In this document: positions 24,657 through 33,391 of the stretch, one piece after another
How the letters are laid out: each line of letters starts with the position of its first letter
Position numbering within the stretch: position 1 is the stretch's first letter
Assembly: GCA_965283875.1 (NCBI GenBank)
Contig: CBDIQC010000001.1
Span: forward strand, 2,070,110-2,134,109
DNA length: 64,000 nt
Source: an uncultured Elusimicrobia bacterium
GTDB taxonomy: Bacteria > Elusimicrobiota > Elusimicrobia > UBA1565 > UBA9628
Reading direction: 5' to 3'
Program-made: the position numbers and the translations under genes
Notes under the pieces: model-generated
Told to the model about the DNA's origin: nothing
What the model saw: the letters and a program-made list of their open reading frames with translations, nothing else
Databases searched by the model: none

Positions 24657-26894
24657 TTATCGGCTGAAAAGCCGGTCCCACCAGCCCTTGAGCCCGCCGC
24701 GGTGCAGGCTGCACTCGCGCTGGGGCTCGGTGCCGGGGATGAACAGCTCGTCGCGTTTGACCGGGCAGCCCGACAGCGCGATCATGCCCGACTCTCCGCA
24801 CACGCGCAGGGCGAGCAGGCCTTCGTAGCGGGGGAACTCCGCGGCGGGGCGGTCCGCGGACGCCTCCTTGATGAAGGCGGCCCACAGCGGCAGGGCGTCT
24901 TTGGAGCCGGCGAGCTTCAAGGCCCGGTTGGCGTCGTCGCCGGCCCAGACGCCGGCGAGCAGGGAGGTCGTGTAGCCCACGAACCAGGCGTCGCGACCGT
25001 CGTTGGTGGTGCCGGTTTTGCCCGCGACCGGGAAACGCACGCCGTAAAGCGGCAGGCTGCGGGCCGTGCCTTCCTTGACGACGCTTTCCAGCAGCGAGGT
25101 CATCAGCGACGCCACCGCGGGGTCGAGCACCGCGCGCGACTCGGGCGGCGGGGCCTCGAGCACGACGCCTTCGGCGTCCACGACGGCGACGACGAGGCGC
25201 GGGGTCGCGGCCATGCCGCCGGCGGCGAACGGCGCGTAGGCGGCGACGAGCTCGAGCAGGTTCACCTCGGAGGCGCCCAGCGCGAGCCCGAGGTCGCGGC
25301 GGATGGGGCTGGTGATGCCGGCGCGTTCGGCGATCTCGGCGGCGCGCGCCACGCTCACGCGCGTGGCGAGGTCCAGCGTCGCGGCGTTGAGCGATAACGC
25401 GAGCCCTTGGCGCAGCGTCGCCGTGCCGTGGTAGCCGTCGTAGTTCTGCGGCGACCAGTCGCGCCCGTCTCCCGCGTAGGTCTTGGCGCGGTCGAGCAGG
25501 ATGGTGGCGGGGGTCAGGCCCGTCTCGAGCGCCGCGGCGTACACGAACGGCTTGAACGTCGAGCCGGGCTGGCGCTGGGCCTGCGTCGCGCGGTTGAACT
25601 GGCTCTCCTTGAAGTCCTTGCCGCCCGACAGGGCCAACACGTCTCCCGTGCGCGGGTCGAGCGCGACGAGCGCCGCCTGGTGGCGCGCCGCCCGCAGGAC
25701 GCGCTGGGCCGCGGACTGGAGCACGGGGTCCATCGTCGTGTAGATGGACAGGCCGTGTTGGTATAAGGCTTCGCCGCTGTAGCGGGGCAGCAGCCGCCGC
25801 ACGACCTCCGCGGTGAAATACGCGTGGTCGGCCTCCTCCTCCTCGCCGAGCGTCTTGACCGTGGCGACGGGGGCGGCCAGCGCTTCCTCGAGCTCGCGCT
25901 CCGAGATGAGGCCGTCCTCGCGCATGCGGCGCAGGACCTGGTCGCGGCGTCCGCGCGCGGCGGCCGGGTCGCGGAACGGGTCGTAGCGTCCGGGGCTGCG
26001 GATGACGCCGGCGAGCAGGGCCGCTTCGGGCAGGCTCAGGTCGGCGACGTCTTTGGCGAAATAAAAGCGCGACGCGGCCCTCACGCCCGCGACGCTGGAG
26101 GAGCCGTCCTGTCCGAGGTAGATGTGGTTGAGGTACAACGTGAGGATGCGCTCCTTGGGGAGGCGCAGCTCGAGGTAGAACGCGAGCGCGGCCTCCGACG
26201 CTTTGCGGGTGAAGGTGCGCCGCGGCGACAGGAACAGGTTCTTGGAGAGCTGCTGGGTGATGGTGCTCGCGCCCTGCAGGCTTCGGCCGCGCAGGTTCGC
26301 CAGCGTCGCGCGCAGGATGGCGCGCGGATCGACCCCGTGGTGGCTCCAGAAGCGTTTGTCCTCCGCGGCGACGACGGCTTTACGCAGGTGCTCGGGAATC
26401 TGCTCCCACGCGGCGGGGTCGCGGCGCACGCGGCGCGAGCCGGACAGCTCGGTCGCGAGCTCCGGCTCGAGGCGGACTTCGGCGACGGGCCGGCCCAGGC
26501 CGTCGGCGATGCGCCAGGTCTCGTCGCCGCGCCGTTCGAGGACGTAGAGGCCCTCGTCCTGCGCGGAGCCGGGCACGCGATGGCCGCGCAGGTGCGCCGA
26601 CAGGCGCGGCGGCTCCCACGCGTATTCGCCCTTGCCCGGCGCGGAAGCGGTCTTGCGGTAGCCGAGGCGCTCGAGGCGCTGGAGGAGCCGCTCGGCGTCG
26701 CTCGGCGCGCCGTCGCGCACGGCGTAAGGCGCGGACCATCCGCCGCCGAGGATCACGCCGAGCCCGCCGAGGCGCAGCGCCGACAGCTTGCGTTCGGCCT
26801 GCAGGCACAGCCACACCGCCGCGACGGCGCAGGCGACGGCGAGGACGGCGGCGACGCGCCACGCGGCGGCTCCGGCACGACGGCGGCGGGTCAT
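24657..26894 (-). CDS. mrcA: Class A penicillin-binding protein 1A (glycosyltransferase plus transpeptidase)
   Basis: GT51 motifs EDKRFWSHHGVD and GASTITQQLSKN. Transpeptidase motifs STFKPFVYAAAL (SxxK), SLN and KTGTT. N-terminal TM anchor. Confidence 0.9.
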   Translation of the reverse strand: MTRRRRAGAAAWRVAAVLAVACAVAAVWLCLQAERKLSALRLGGLGVILGGGWSAPYAVRDGAPSDAERLLQRLERLGYRKTASAPGKGEYAWEPPRLSAHLRGHRVPGSAQDEGLYVLERRGDETWRIADGLGRPVAEVRLEPELATELSGSRRVRRDPAAWEQIPEHLRKAVVAAEDKRFWSHHGVDPRAILRATLANLRGRSLQGASTITQQLSKNLFLSPRRTFTRKASEAALAFYLELRLPKERILTLYLNHIYLGQDGSSSVAGVRAASRFYFAKDVADLSLPEAALLAGVIRSPGRYDPFRDPAAARGRRDQVLRRMREDGLISERELEEALAAPVATVKTLGEEEEADHAYFTAEVVRRLLPRYSGEALYQHGLSIYTTMDPVLQSAAQRVLRAARHQAALVALDPRTGDVLALSGGKDFKESQFNRATQAQRQPGSTFKPFVYAAALETGLTPATILLDRAKTYAGDGRDWSPQNYDGYHGTATLRQGLALSLNAATLDLATRVSVARAAEIAERAGITSPIRRDLGLALGASEVNLLELVAAYAPFAAGGMAATPRLVVAVVDAEGVVLEAPPPESRAVLDPAVASLMTSLLESVVKEGTARSLPLYGVRFPVAGKTGTTNDGRDAWFVGYTTSLLAGVWAGDDANRALKLAGSKDALPLWAAFIKEASADRPAAEFPRYEGLLALRVCGESGMIALSGCPVKRDELFIPGTEPQRECSLHRGGLKGWWDRLFSR

Positions 26895-27821
26895 CTAGAA
26901 GCGGAAGCCGAGCGCGACGTGATGGACCGCGCCCAGGTCGTGCCGCGCGCCCATCGCGTAATCCACGAAGAAACGTTTCTCGCGGATGCCCACGCCGGCG
27001 GTGATGAAGTCGGTTTCGGAGCCCAGCTTCCAGCCGCCGCGGAGCATGACCGAGGTGAACTCGCCGAAATCCAGTCCGAACTCCGCGCCCACGCCGCCGC
27101 GCACGGGCTCGTCGCGCACCTTGACGGCGTCCGCCGCGACGGTAAAACGCGTGCCGGTGTAAACCATCTGATCGACGCTCCCGGCGGCCGCGTTCCAGGT
27201 CCAGGCCGCGCCGCCGCGCACGGTCAAGGGCAGGGGGTCCGAATCGACCTCGTATTTGACCCCCGGGCCGACGTTCTGGACCGCGGCGCCCAGCGAGAAG
27301 CCGCGCACGGGCGTTTGCCAGCGAGCGCCGCCGTCCAGCGCGGCGCCGGAGGCGCGCGCTTCGCCGCCGAGTTCGAAGCGGTAGAAACGGGCCAGGCCGC
27401 CCACGAACACGCCGCCGCCCAGCGGGACCGCGCCCCCGAGCGAGCCGACCATGTCGCGTTGCGCGGAGCGCGTGTCGCGCGCTCCGGTCGCGCTGACGAT
27501 GTCGATGCGCCCGGCGTCGTAATAGGCCAGGCCGCCCGCGAGCGTGACGCCGCGCCACGGCACGGCCGTGCCCAGGAAGCCGAAGGAGTCCTCGACGGAG
27601 CCGTGCGAGAACAAGGTGCGGACCTCGGGCCGCGCGGCGGTGAGCCCCGCGGGGTTGGCGCCGAAGGCGTCGGTGGCCGCGGGCAGCGCGGTGAGCGCGT
27701 CGGCCAGGGCGGCGGCGCGCGCGGAGACCGGGCGCCGCAGCGTGCCGCCGGCCGTGTTGCCGGCCGCGAGCGCGGGCGCGGCGCCGGCGGCGAACAGGAG
27801 CGCGAGGGCGAGGTTCCTCAT
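26895..27821 (-). CDS. PorV/PorQ-like outer-membrane beta-barrel protein
   Basis: ATG at 27821 overlaps the upstream stop (ATGA). Signal peptide, then GGTLRRPVSARAAALADALTALPAATDAFGANPAGL, like the PorV-family N-terminal motif. Alternating beta pattern, C-terminal ...ALGFRF. Confidence 0.65.
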   Translation of the reverse strand: MRNLALALLFAAGAAPALAAGNTAGGTLRRPVSARAAALADALTALPAATDAFGANPAGLTAARPEVRTLFSHGSVEDSFGFLGTAVPWRGVTLAGGLAYYDAGRIDIVSATGARDTRSAQRDMVGSLGGAVPLGGGVFVGGLARFYRFELGGEARASGAALDGGARWQTPVRGFSLGAAVQNVGPGVKYEVDSDPLPLTVRGGAAWTWNAAAGSVDQMVYTGTRFTVAADAVKVRDEPVRGGVGAEFGLDFGEFTSVMLRGGWKLGSETDFITAGVGIREKRFFVDYAMGARHDLGAVHHVALGFRF

Positions 27822-29284
27822 TTGATGAGCAGGATCTTCGAGCGCCCGTCGAGGCGGGGCCCCAGGGAGCGCAGGATGTAGAGGCCGCTGGCGACCGTGG
27901 CGCCCGCGGCGTCTTTGCCGTCCCAGGTCACCGTGAAGGAGCCGGCGGGGCGGTCGGCGTCGTATAACGTGCGCACGAGGCGCCCGTCGGTCGTGTAGAT
28001 GCGCAGCGTGACGCGGCCGGCGTTGAACGTGGTCACGTCCATGTTGGTGACGCCGCCCAGGCGGGGCCGCAGCAGGTTGTTGGTGAGGGAGACGGAGCCC
28101 TGCGCGAAGTCCACGAGCAGGCGGGCGTTGAAGGTCGCGGAGTTGCCGTCGGCGTTGGTGATGACGATGTCCCAGTAGCCGACGGTTTTGCCCTGCATGT
28201 CCAGGTTGAACGTCAGCGTCTGGTCGTTGGTGCGGACCAGGCCGGTGGCGTTGACGTCGGATTCGCCCGTCTTGCGCATGACCACCGTCGGCCCCGCGGA
28301 GAACACCTCGCCGCGCAAGGTGAACGAGGTGCCGGCGGCGCTCGTCAGGACGGAGTCGGGGCTGATCGAGGCGTAGTCGGGCGGGCCGGTGAGCACCGAG
28401 TAGATCGAGCCGCTGGAGGGCTGCACGGAATCGGAGAACCCGTAATAAAGCCGCCAACGGAAGGTGTCCGAGGAGCGCACCGGCACGGGGAAGAACACGG
28501 ACCCGGCGGTCGAGGTCGTGGAGGCGCGGTAGCCGCTTTCGGCGGTGAACGCGACGGCGGTCGCGTCGTCGGAGAGAGCGCTGGAGACCACGGTGGCGCT
28601 GGAGCCCGAGGAGAGCGGCTGGGAGTAGAACAGGCGCACGCGGCCGTCGGCGCGTTTGCCCGCGCCGACCTGGTAAGCGACGGTGGAGAGGATCAGCGAG
28701 GCGGCGCCCCAGTTGCGGCCTTCGTTGGTGGACAGCGCCGAATAGATGCGGCGGTCGCCGGGGTCGTTGCCGCCGTTGGAGTCGCGCACGAAAAAGACGC
28801 GCCAGTCGCCGCTGTCGAGCTTGGCTAGCGCGGGCGCGGCGACGTAATCGGCGCCGCCGGAGAACTCGAAGGCGGTGCCGGTGTCGTTGGCCCAGGAGAA
28901 GCCGTCGGCCGAGGTCGCCGTGTGGATGCGCCACGAGCCCGTCGTCGAGATGATGGAGTACACCGCCCGGAAGCCGCCGGCGTTGAGGGGCAACACGCCC
29001 AGGCCCGTGATGGACGACGCCGAGACCGTCGGGACGGTGCGCGTGGAAAGCCGCGAGCCGGCTTCCACGGTCCAGACCTGGCCTTCGGGCGAGGTGGCGG
29101 ACAACACGTCGGTGGAAGACGAGCTGTCGCGCATGAAATAGAGCCGCATGGGGTAGGTGGACGCGCTGTTGAAGGCGAGCGGCGTCGCGGTGGTCAGCGA
29201 CACGAACCCGTCGGGCGTGAACGTGGGCACCGCCGCGGCCGGCGCGGCGAGGGCGAGCAGGAGGACGGCCGCGGACCGCGTCAT
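27818..29284 (-). CDS. Secreted Asp-box (BNR) beta-propeller protein with a C-terminal FlgD-Ig / T9SS-type sorting domain
   Basis: Signal peptide. Asp-box-like SADGFSW, STNEGRNW, SPEGQVW. C-terminus TLRIYTTDGRLVRTLYD...GKDAAGATVASGLYILRS...KILLIK. Confidence 0.65.
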   Translation of the reverse strand: MTRSAAVLLLALAAPAAAVPTFTPDGFVSLTTATPLAFNSASTYPMRLYFMRDSSSSTDVLSATSPEGQVWTVEAGSRLSTRTVPTVSASSITGLGVLPLNAGGFRAVYSIISTTGSWRIHTATSADGFSWANDTGTAFEFSGGADYVAAPALAKLDSGDWRVFFVRDSNGGNDPGDRRIYSALSTNEGRNWGAASLILSTVAYQVGAGKRADGRVRLFYSQPLSSGSSATVVSSALSDDATAVAFTAESGYRASTTSTAGSVFFPVPVRSSDTFRWRLYYGFSDSVQPSSGSIYSVLTGPPDYASISPDSVLTSAAGTSFTLRGEVFSAGPTVVMRKTGESDVNATGLVRTNDQTLTFNLDMQGKTVGYWDIVITNADGNSATFNARLLVDFAQGSVSLTNNLLRPRLGGVTNMDVTTFNAGRVTLRIYTTDGRLVRTLYDADRPAGSFTVTWDGKDAAGATVASGLYILRSLGPRLDGRSKILLIK

Positions 29285-29556
29285 GCGCCTTTCCCTCGGG
29301 CCAGGGCCTGTTTGAGCGGCCGGGGCATGCGTTTGACCGCGGCCTCGCGCGACAGCGCCGACGAGCGGGTGTGGCCGTTCTGCGTCCACAGCAGCTTCAC
29401 CGGCCGCCGCGAGCGCGTGTAGGCGGCCCCGCGCCCCGCGTTGTGCGCCTCGACGCGGGCGCCGACGTCCTTGGCGATGCCCGTGTAGAGGCTGTCGTCG
29501 CCGCAGCGGACGATGTAAACGGACCAATCGGCGGGGGCGCCGCGTCGCGGTTTCAC
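29281..29556 (-). CDS. GIY-YIG nuclease superfamily small protein
   Basis: WSVYIVRCGDDSLYTGIAKDV..R...HN.G.GA.YTR...PVKLLW matches the UPF0213/GIY-YIG pattern. Its stop overlaps the next ATG (ATGA). Confidence 0.8.
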   Translation of the reverse strand: MKPRRGAPADWSVYIVRCGDDSLYTGIAKDVGARVEAHNAGRGAAYTRSRRPVKLLWTQNGHTRSSALSREAAVKRMPRPLKQALARGKGA

Positions 29557-29640
29557 GGGGGGAACTATAGCAGTCCCGACGCGGCCTCGCCAGTATCGGA
29601 GTAGGCCTAAAGACCTATCTTATATGGGACCATAGGACCC

Positions 29641-29669
29641 AGGACAGGGCATATCTAAGGACCTATCCT
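29641..29669 (+). promoter_or_regulatory. Candidate promoter AGGACA-17-TATCCT, 6 nt before GTG 29676 (leaderless type)
   Basis: AGGACA 29641-29646, TATCCT 29664-29669, gcccct, GTG. The extended -10 context aaggacCTATCCT resembles 23561-23574 (aaggcCTATCCT). Confidence 0.4.
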
Positions 29670-29675
29670 GCCCCT

Positions 29676-30926
29676 GTGAACCCCGGCCGCCGGCCCGTCG
29701 CGGCGCTACTGGTCCTTCTCACCGTCCTCCCGTTCTCCGCGCGCGGCCAGCAAGCCGACTTCGACGGACGCGCGCCTTCCGTCGCCGGCGCGCTTCCGAT
29801 TCCGGCCCCCTTCATCCCGGCTCCCGCGCCCCCGCGAGCGCCCATCGCCCTGTCGCCGGCGGTGCCGGTCGCGGTCTTCAACGGGCAGGCGTTCAAGGCG
29901 GTCCAGTTCAGCCGCTCCGAACGCATCCCCGAGACCATCGTCGCCGCGCTCGACCGCACGCGTAGCAGCGCGTTGCTCGCGCTCTACGAGCTCAAGCTGC
30001 CGGCCGCGGCCGACGCCATCATCCGCGCCAAACGCCGGGGCGTCAACGTGCTCCTCATCTTCGACGAAGGCCACGCCGCCCCCGGGGAGCCCGACGCCGC
30101 CGGCCGCTCCGCCGAGCTCCAGCGCGTGCTCGACGCGGGGGTGCCGGTGCGCACGCTGCGCGGCGGCGGCTCCTACGGCATCATGCACCATAAAACCGCG
30201 GTGCTCGACGGCGCCTTCGTCATCACCGGCTCCTTCAATTGGACGCAGGCCGCCGACGAGCGCAACTACGAGAACCTCCTCCTGCGCGACGATCCGGCCG
30301 TGGTCGCGTCCTTCGACGCCGTGTGGCGCTGGATGTGGGCGGCGGCGCGTCCGCTGGCGGCGTCCGCAGCCGCGCCGGCGGCCGAGGCGTCGGCCGGCAT
30401 GGGCTCCCCGCCCGACGACGGGGCGCGCCCGGTGCGCTTCAACGGCGGCGCTTACCCCGCCGTCGCGTTTTCGCCGCGCGGAGGCACGGAGGCGCTGCTG
30501 CTCGACGCGATTTCGCGCGCGCGGCGCTCCGTGGACATCGCGATGTTCAGCTTCTATTCCCAGCCGCTCGCCCAGGCCCTGCTCGACGCCAAGGCCCGCG
30601 GGGTGCGCGTGCGATTGGTCGCCGACGCGGGCCAGGCCCGGCGTTCGGAGGCCGTGCGCCTGCTGCAGAGCGGCGGCGTGGACCTGCGGCTCACGCAGGG
30701 CCGCACGGGCGGGTTCTCGGTGATGCACCACAAATACATGGTGCTCGACGGGCGGATGGCCGTCGGCGGGTCCTACAACTTCTCCAACAACGCCGAGCAG
30801 AACAACCACGAGAACACGTTGTTCTCCACCGAGCCGGGAGAGGTCGCCGCCTTGCTGGGCGAGCAGGCCTTCGTGTTCGACCAGGCGTCCGCGCCGTCCG
30901 CCGCCGACCTGCCGCCGCTCCAATAG
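29676..30926 (+). CDS. Secreted phospholipase D superfamily protein with two HKD motifs
   Basis: HHKTAVLDGAFVITGSFNWTQAADERNYEN and HHKYMVLDGRMAVGGSYNFSNNAEQNNHEN. N-terminal signal peptide. Confidence 0.85.
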   Translation: MNPGRRPVAALLVLLTVLPFSARGQQADFDGRAPSVAGALPIPAPFIPAPAPPRAPIALSPAVPVAVFNGQAFKAVQFSRSERIPETIVAALDRTRSSALLALYELKLPAAADAIIRAKRRGVNVLLIFDEGHAAPGEPDAAGRSAELQRVLDAGVPVRTLRGGGSYGIMHHKTAVLDGAFVITGSFNWTQAADERNYENLLLRDDPAVVASFDAVWRWMWAAARPLAASAAAPAAEASAGMGSPPDDGARPVRFNGGAYPAVAFSPRGGTEALLLDAISRARRSVDIAMFSFYSQPLAQALLDAKARGVRVRLVADAGQARRSEAVRLLQSGGVDLRLTQGRTGGFSVMHHKYMVLDGRMAVGGSYNFSNNAEQNNHENTLFSTEPGEVAALLGEQAFVFDQASAPSAADLPPLQ

Positions 30927-30939
30927 CTATAATCGCGGC

Positions 30940-31212
30940 ATGGATTGGCGCGTCGTCCTCACCACGTTCACGACGTTGTTCCTGGCCGAGCTCGGCGACA
31001 AGACCCAGCTCGCGGCCATGAGCCTGTCCGCCTCGACCAAAAAGCCGCTGTCCGTCTTCGTCGGCGGCACCGCGGCGCTGGCCGTGGTCACCGGCATCGG
31101 CGTCTTGTTCGGCGAGACGCTGCTGCGCGTCGTGCCGGCGATCGTGGTGCGGCGCGGCGCGGCCGTCCTCTTCGTCGGGATGGGCGTTTGGATGTGGTTC
31201 CATGGCGACTGA
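30940..31212 (+). CDS. UPF0016 (TMEM165/GDT1) family membrane protein, single-repeat 90-aa form
   Basis: ELGDKTQ signature in the first of three hydrophobic spans. Confidence 0.8.
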   Translation: MDWRVVLTTFTTLFLAELGDKTQLAAMSLSASTKKPLSVFVGGTAALAVVTGIGVLFGETLLRVVPAIVVRRGAAVLFVGMGVWMWFHGD

Positions 31213-31732
31213 CGCCCAGCTCGCCCGCGAGTGGGCGGGCGTGGCGGGCGCGTGTTTCGCGTTGATGGGCGCGTCGTTGGCCGGCCGCGCCGCCGCGCAC
31301 GCGCGGGAGAACCTGGTCTGGCAGCGCCAGTGGCGCCAGGCCGTGGGCACGCCGTCGGCTCCGGGAGCCGCGGAGGAGGCCGAGGCCCGGCGTTTGGCGC
31401 TGGCTTACCGCGCGGCCGGGGCCGCCTTCCTCGCCGCCGGTCTCGCCTTGCTCGCGGCGGCGCTCGCTCGCCCTGACGCGCTCGCCGCCTGGCAGCGGCC
31501 CGCGACCTTCGGGCGCGCGGGCGCGCTGGTCGGCGGGCTCTTGCTCTCGGTCGCGGGTTTCGCCATGGCCTGGAGCAAGGCCTCGTCCATCGAACGCGCC
31601 CCGGCCGTTCCGCTCGGCGCGCCGCCCGAACGGCCGCCGCTGGGCGAACGGCTCGCGCACGGCTGCGGCTGGGCGCTGTCGTTCGTGCTCTCGGCCTATG
31701 GGCTACGTTTGTTGCGGGAGGCGATGCGATGA
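31202..31732 (+). CDS. Hypothetical membrane protein
   Basis: 176-aa ORF overlapping both neighbours by 11 and 4 nt. Several hydrophobic spans, no motif recognised. Confidence 0.45.
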   Translation: MATDAQLAREWAGVAGACFALMGASLAGRAAAHARENLVWQRQWRQAVGTPSAPGAAEEAEARRLALAYRAAGAAFLAAGLALLAAALARPDALAAWQRPATFGRAGALVGGLLLSVAGFAMAWSKASSIERAPAVPLGAPPERPPLGERLAHGCGWALSFVLSAYGLRLLREAMR

Positions 31733-32052
31733 AAACCGTCGGGCTGCTTCTCGTCTCCAACGTGTTCATGACCTTCGCCTGGTACGGGCACCTGCGCCAC
31801 AAGGCGTCGCCGCTGTGGATCGCCATCTTAGCCTCGTGGGGCATCGCCTTCTTCGAATACTGCTTCCAGGTGCCCGCCAACCGCATGGGCCACGGCCAGT
31901 TCACGGCCGCCCAGCTCAAAACCATCCAGGAAGTCATCACCTTGGTGGTGTTCGCGGTTTTCTCCTGGCTCTACTTGGAGGAGCCGCTCGGGCTCAACCA
32001 TCTCGCCGGCTTCGCGTGCCTCGTTGGCGCGTGTTTCTTCCTCTTCAAATGA
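31729..32052 (+). CDS. DMT-superfamily small membrane protein (DUF486-like)
   Basis: SNVFMTFAWYGHLRHK... and overall 4-TM, 107-aa size match DUF486 as I recall it. Confidence 0.7.
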   Translation: MKTVGLLLVSNVFMTFAWYGHLRHKASPLWIAILASWGIAFFEYCFQVPANRMGHGQFTAAQLKTIQEVITLVVFAVFSWLYLEEPLGLNHLAGFACLVGACFFLFK

Positions 32053-32534
32053 ACCCGACCATCGTCTGGCTGCTGACGGCCGTCCTCATGCTCGCTGGCG
32101 TCGCGGGCGCGGTGCTGCCCGGTCTGCCCGGCGCGCCGCTCATCCTCGTGGCGGCGGTGGCTCATCGCCTCCTGCTTCCGGGCTACGTCTCGGTGTGGAG
32201 CCTCGTGGTGTTGGCGCTCCTGTCCGTGCTCACCGTCGTTGCCGACTGGGCGCTGGGCGCGGCCGGCGCGCGCGCCTTCGGCGGCTCCAAGTGGAGCCTC
32301 ATCGGCGCGCCGGTGGGCGCCTTGCTGGGCCTGCCCTTCGGGCTCGTCGGAATCTTGGTGGGCGCCGTGCTCGGGGCGGCCTCGCTCGAGGCGCTCGTCG
32401 CGGGTCGCTCCGCGCCGGAGGCGCTGAAGGCCGGCCTGGGCGCGGGCTTGGGCGTGGTCGCCGGCACGGCCGGGCGCCTAGCGCTCGCCGTCGGCATGGC
32501 GGCCTGGCTCGTCGCCGACTTTCTGGTCAACTGA
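32049..32534 (+). CDS. DUF456-like membrane protein
   Basis: ATG 32049 overlaps the upstream stop (ATGA). VLPGLPGAPLILVAAV... and Gly-rich TM helices are typical of DUF456. Confidence 0.65.
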   Translation: MNPTIVWLLTAVLMLAGVAGAVLPGLPGAPLILVAAVAHRLLLPGYVSVWSLVVLALLSVLTVVADWALGAAGARAFGGSKWSLIGAPVGALLGLPFGLVGILVGAVLGAASLEALVAGRSAPEALKAGLGAGLGVVAGTAGRLALAVGMAAWLVADFLVN

Positions 32535-33391
32535 TGGGCGGCTGGGAGTCGGTCCGCCGCCTGCGCTGGCGCGAGGGCGCCGGGCCGTGGCGGCCGTTAT
32601 GCGCCGCGAGCGGGCTCGTGAAGGCGGGCGGACGGCTGTGGATCGTCGCCGACGACCTGAACCATCTCGTGGAGCTGCCGTCTGGGCGCGGGCGCCGCTT
32701 GTTCCCCGGGGAGCTCCCCCGTGACGCGGCGCGGCGCAAGAAGGTCAAGAAGGACCTCGAGGCGTTGATCGCGTTGACGCCGCGCCTGCTGCTGGCGTTC
32801 CCGTCAGGCTCGAAGAAGCGGCGCGACCGCGGCGCGCTCGTCGCGCTCGACGGCCGAGGACGCTGGATGGGCGCCCGCGAGTTCGATTTTGGTCCGTTGT
32901 TGCGCGCGCTGGACCGGGACATCCCCGGCCTGAACATCGAAGGCGGCTTCGTGGCGGGACGCGAGCTCGTGCTGCTCCAACGCGGCAACGGCCGAAAACG
33001 GTTCAACGCGCTCGTGTCCTATCGCGTGGACGCCTTACGCGCCTGGCTTGACGGGCGTCGCGCCCTGCCCGCCGCGCGCGTGACGCGCGTGCGGCTCGGC
33101 GCCTGGGAAGGCGTGCCGCTGTCCTTCACGGACGGTTTTTTCCATGGCGGCGCCGTTTATTTCGCCGCGGCCGCCGAGGTCACCGACGACCCCGTTCTCG
33201 ACGGCGAGGTCAAAGGCTCCGTCGTCGGCGCGTTGTCGCGCGGACGCGTTCGCGTGCTGGCTCGCCTGCCCGGCGTGAAGGTCGAGGGGCTCGCGCTCGA
33301 GTCCTCGCGCGGGGGGCGCTTGCGCGTGCTGGCGGTGACCGACGCCGACGACCCGAAGCGGCCGTCCTGGCTGCTGCGCCTGCGGCTCTAG
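32534..33391 (+). CDS. Hypothetical protein (285 aa)
   Basis: ATG 32534 overlaps the upstream stop (TGATG). Ordinary composition unlike the Arg-rich alternative frames. No motif recognised. Confidence 0.5.
   Translation: MGGWESVRRLRWREGAGPWRPLCAASGLVKAGGRLWIVADDLNHLVELPSGRGRRLFPGELPRDAARRKKVKKDLEALIALTPRLLLAFPSGSKKRRDRGALVALDGRGRWMGAREFDFGPLLRALDRDIPGLNIEGGFVAGRELVLLQRGNGRKRFNALVSYRVDALRAWLDGRRALPAARVTRVRLGAWEGVPLSFTDGFFHGGAVYFAAAAEVTDDPVLDGEVKGSVVGALSRGRVRVLARLPGVKVEGLALESSRGGRLRVLAVTDADDPKRPSWLLRLRL

Noticed and set aside
25824-28934. Plus ORF 25824..27881, minus ORF 26380..27558, and the upstream extension of minus ORF 26895..28934
   Set aside because: They are alternative-frame or antisense artefacts over PBP1A, the PorV-like gene and the propeller gene. 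The real starts are marked by signal peptides and ATGA coupling.
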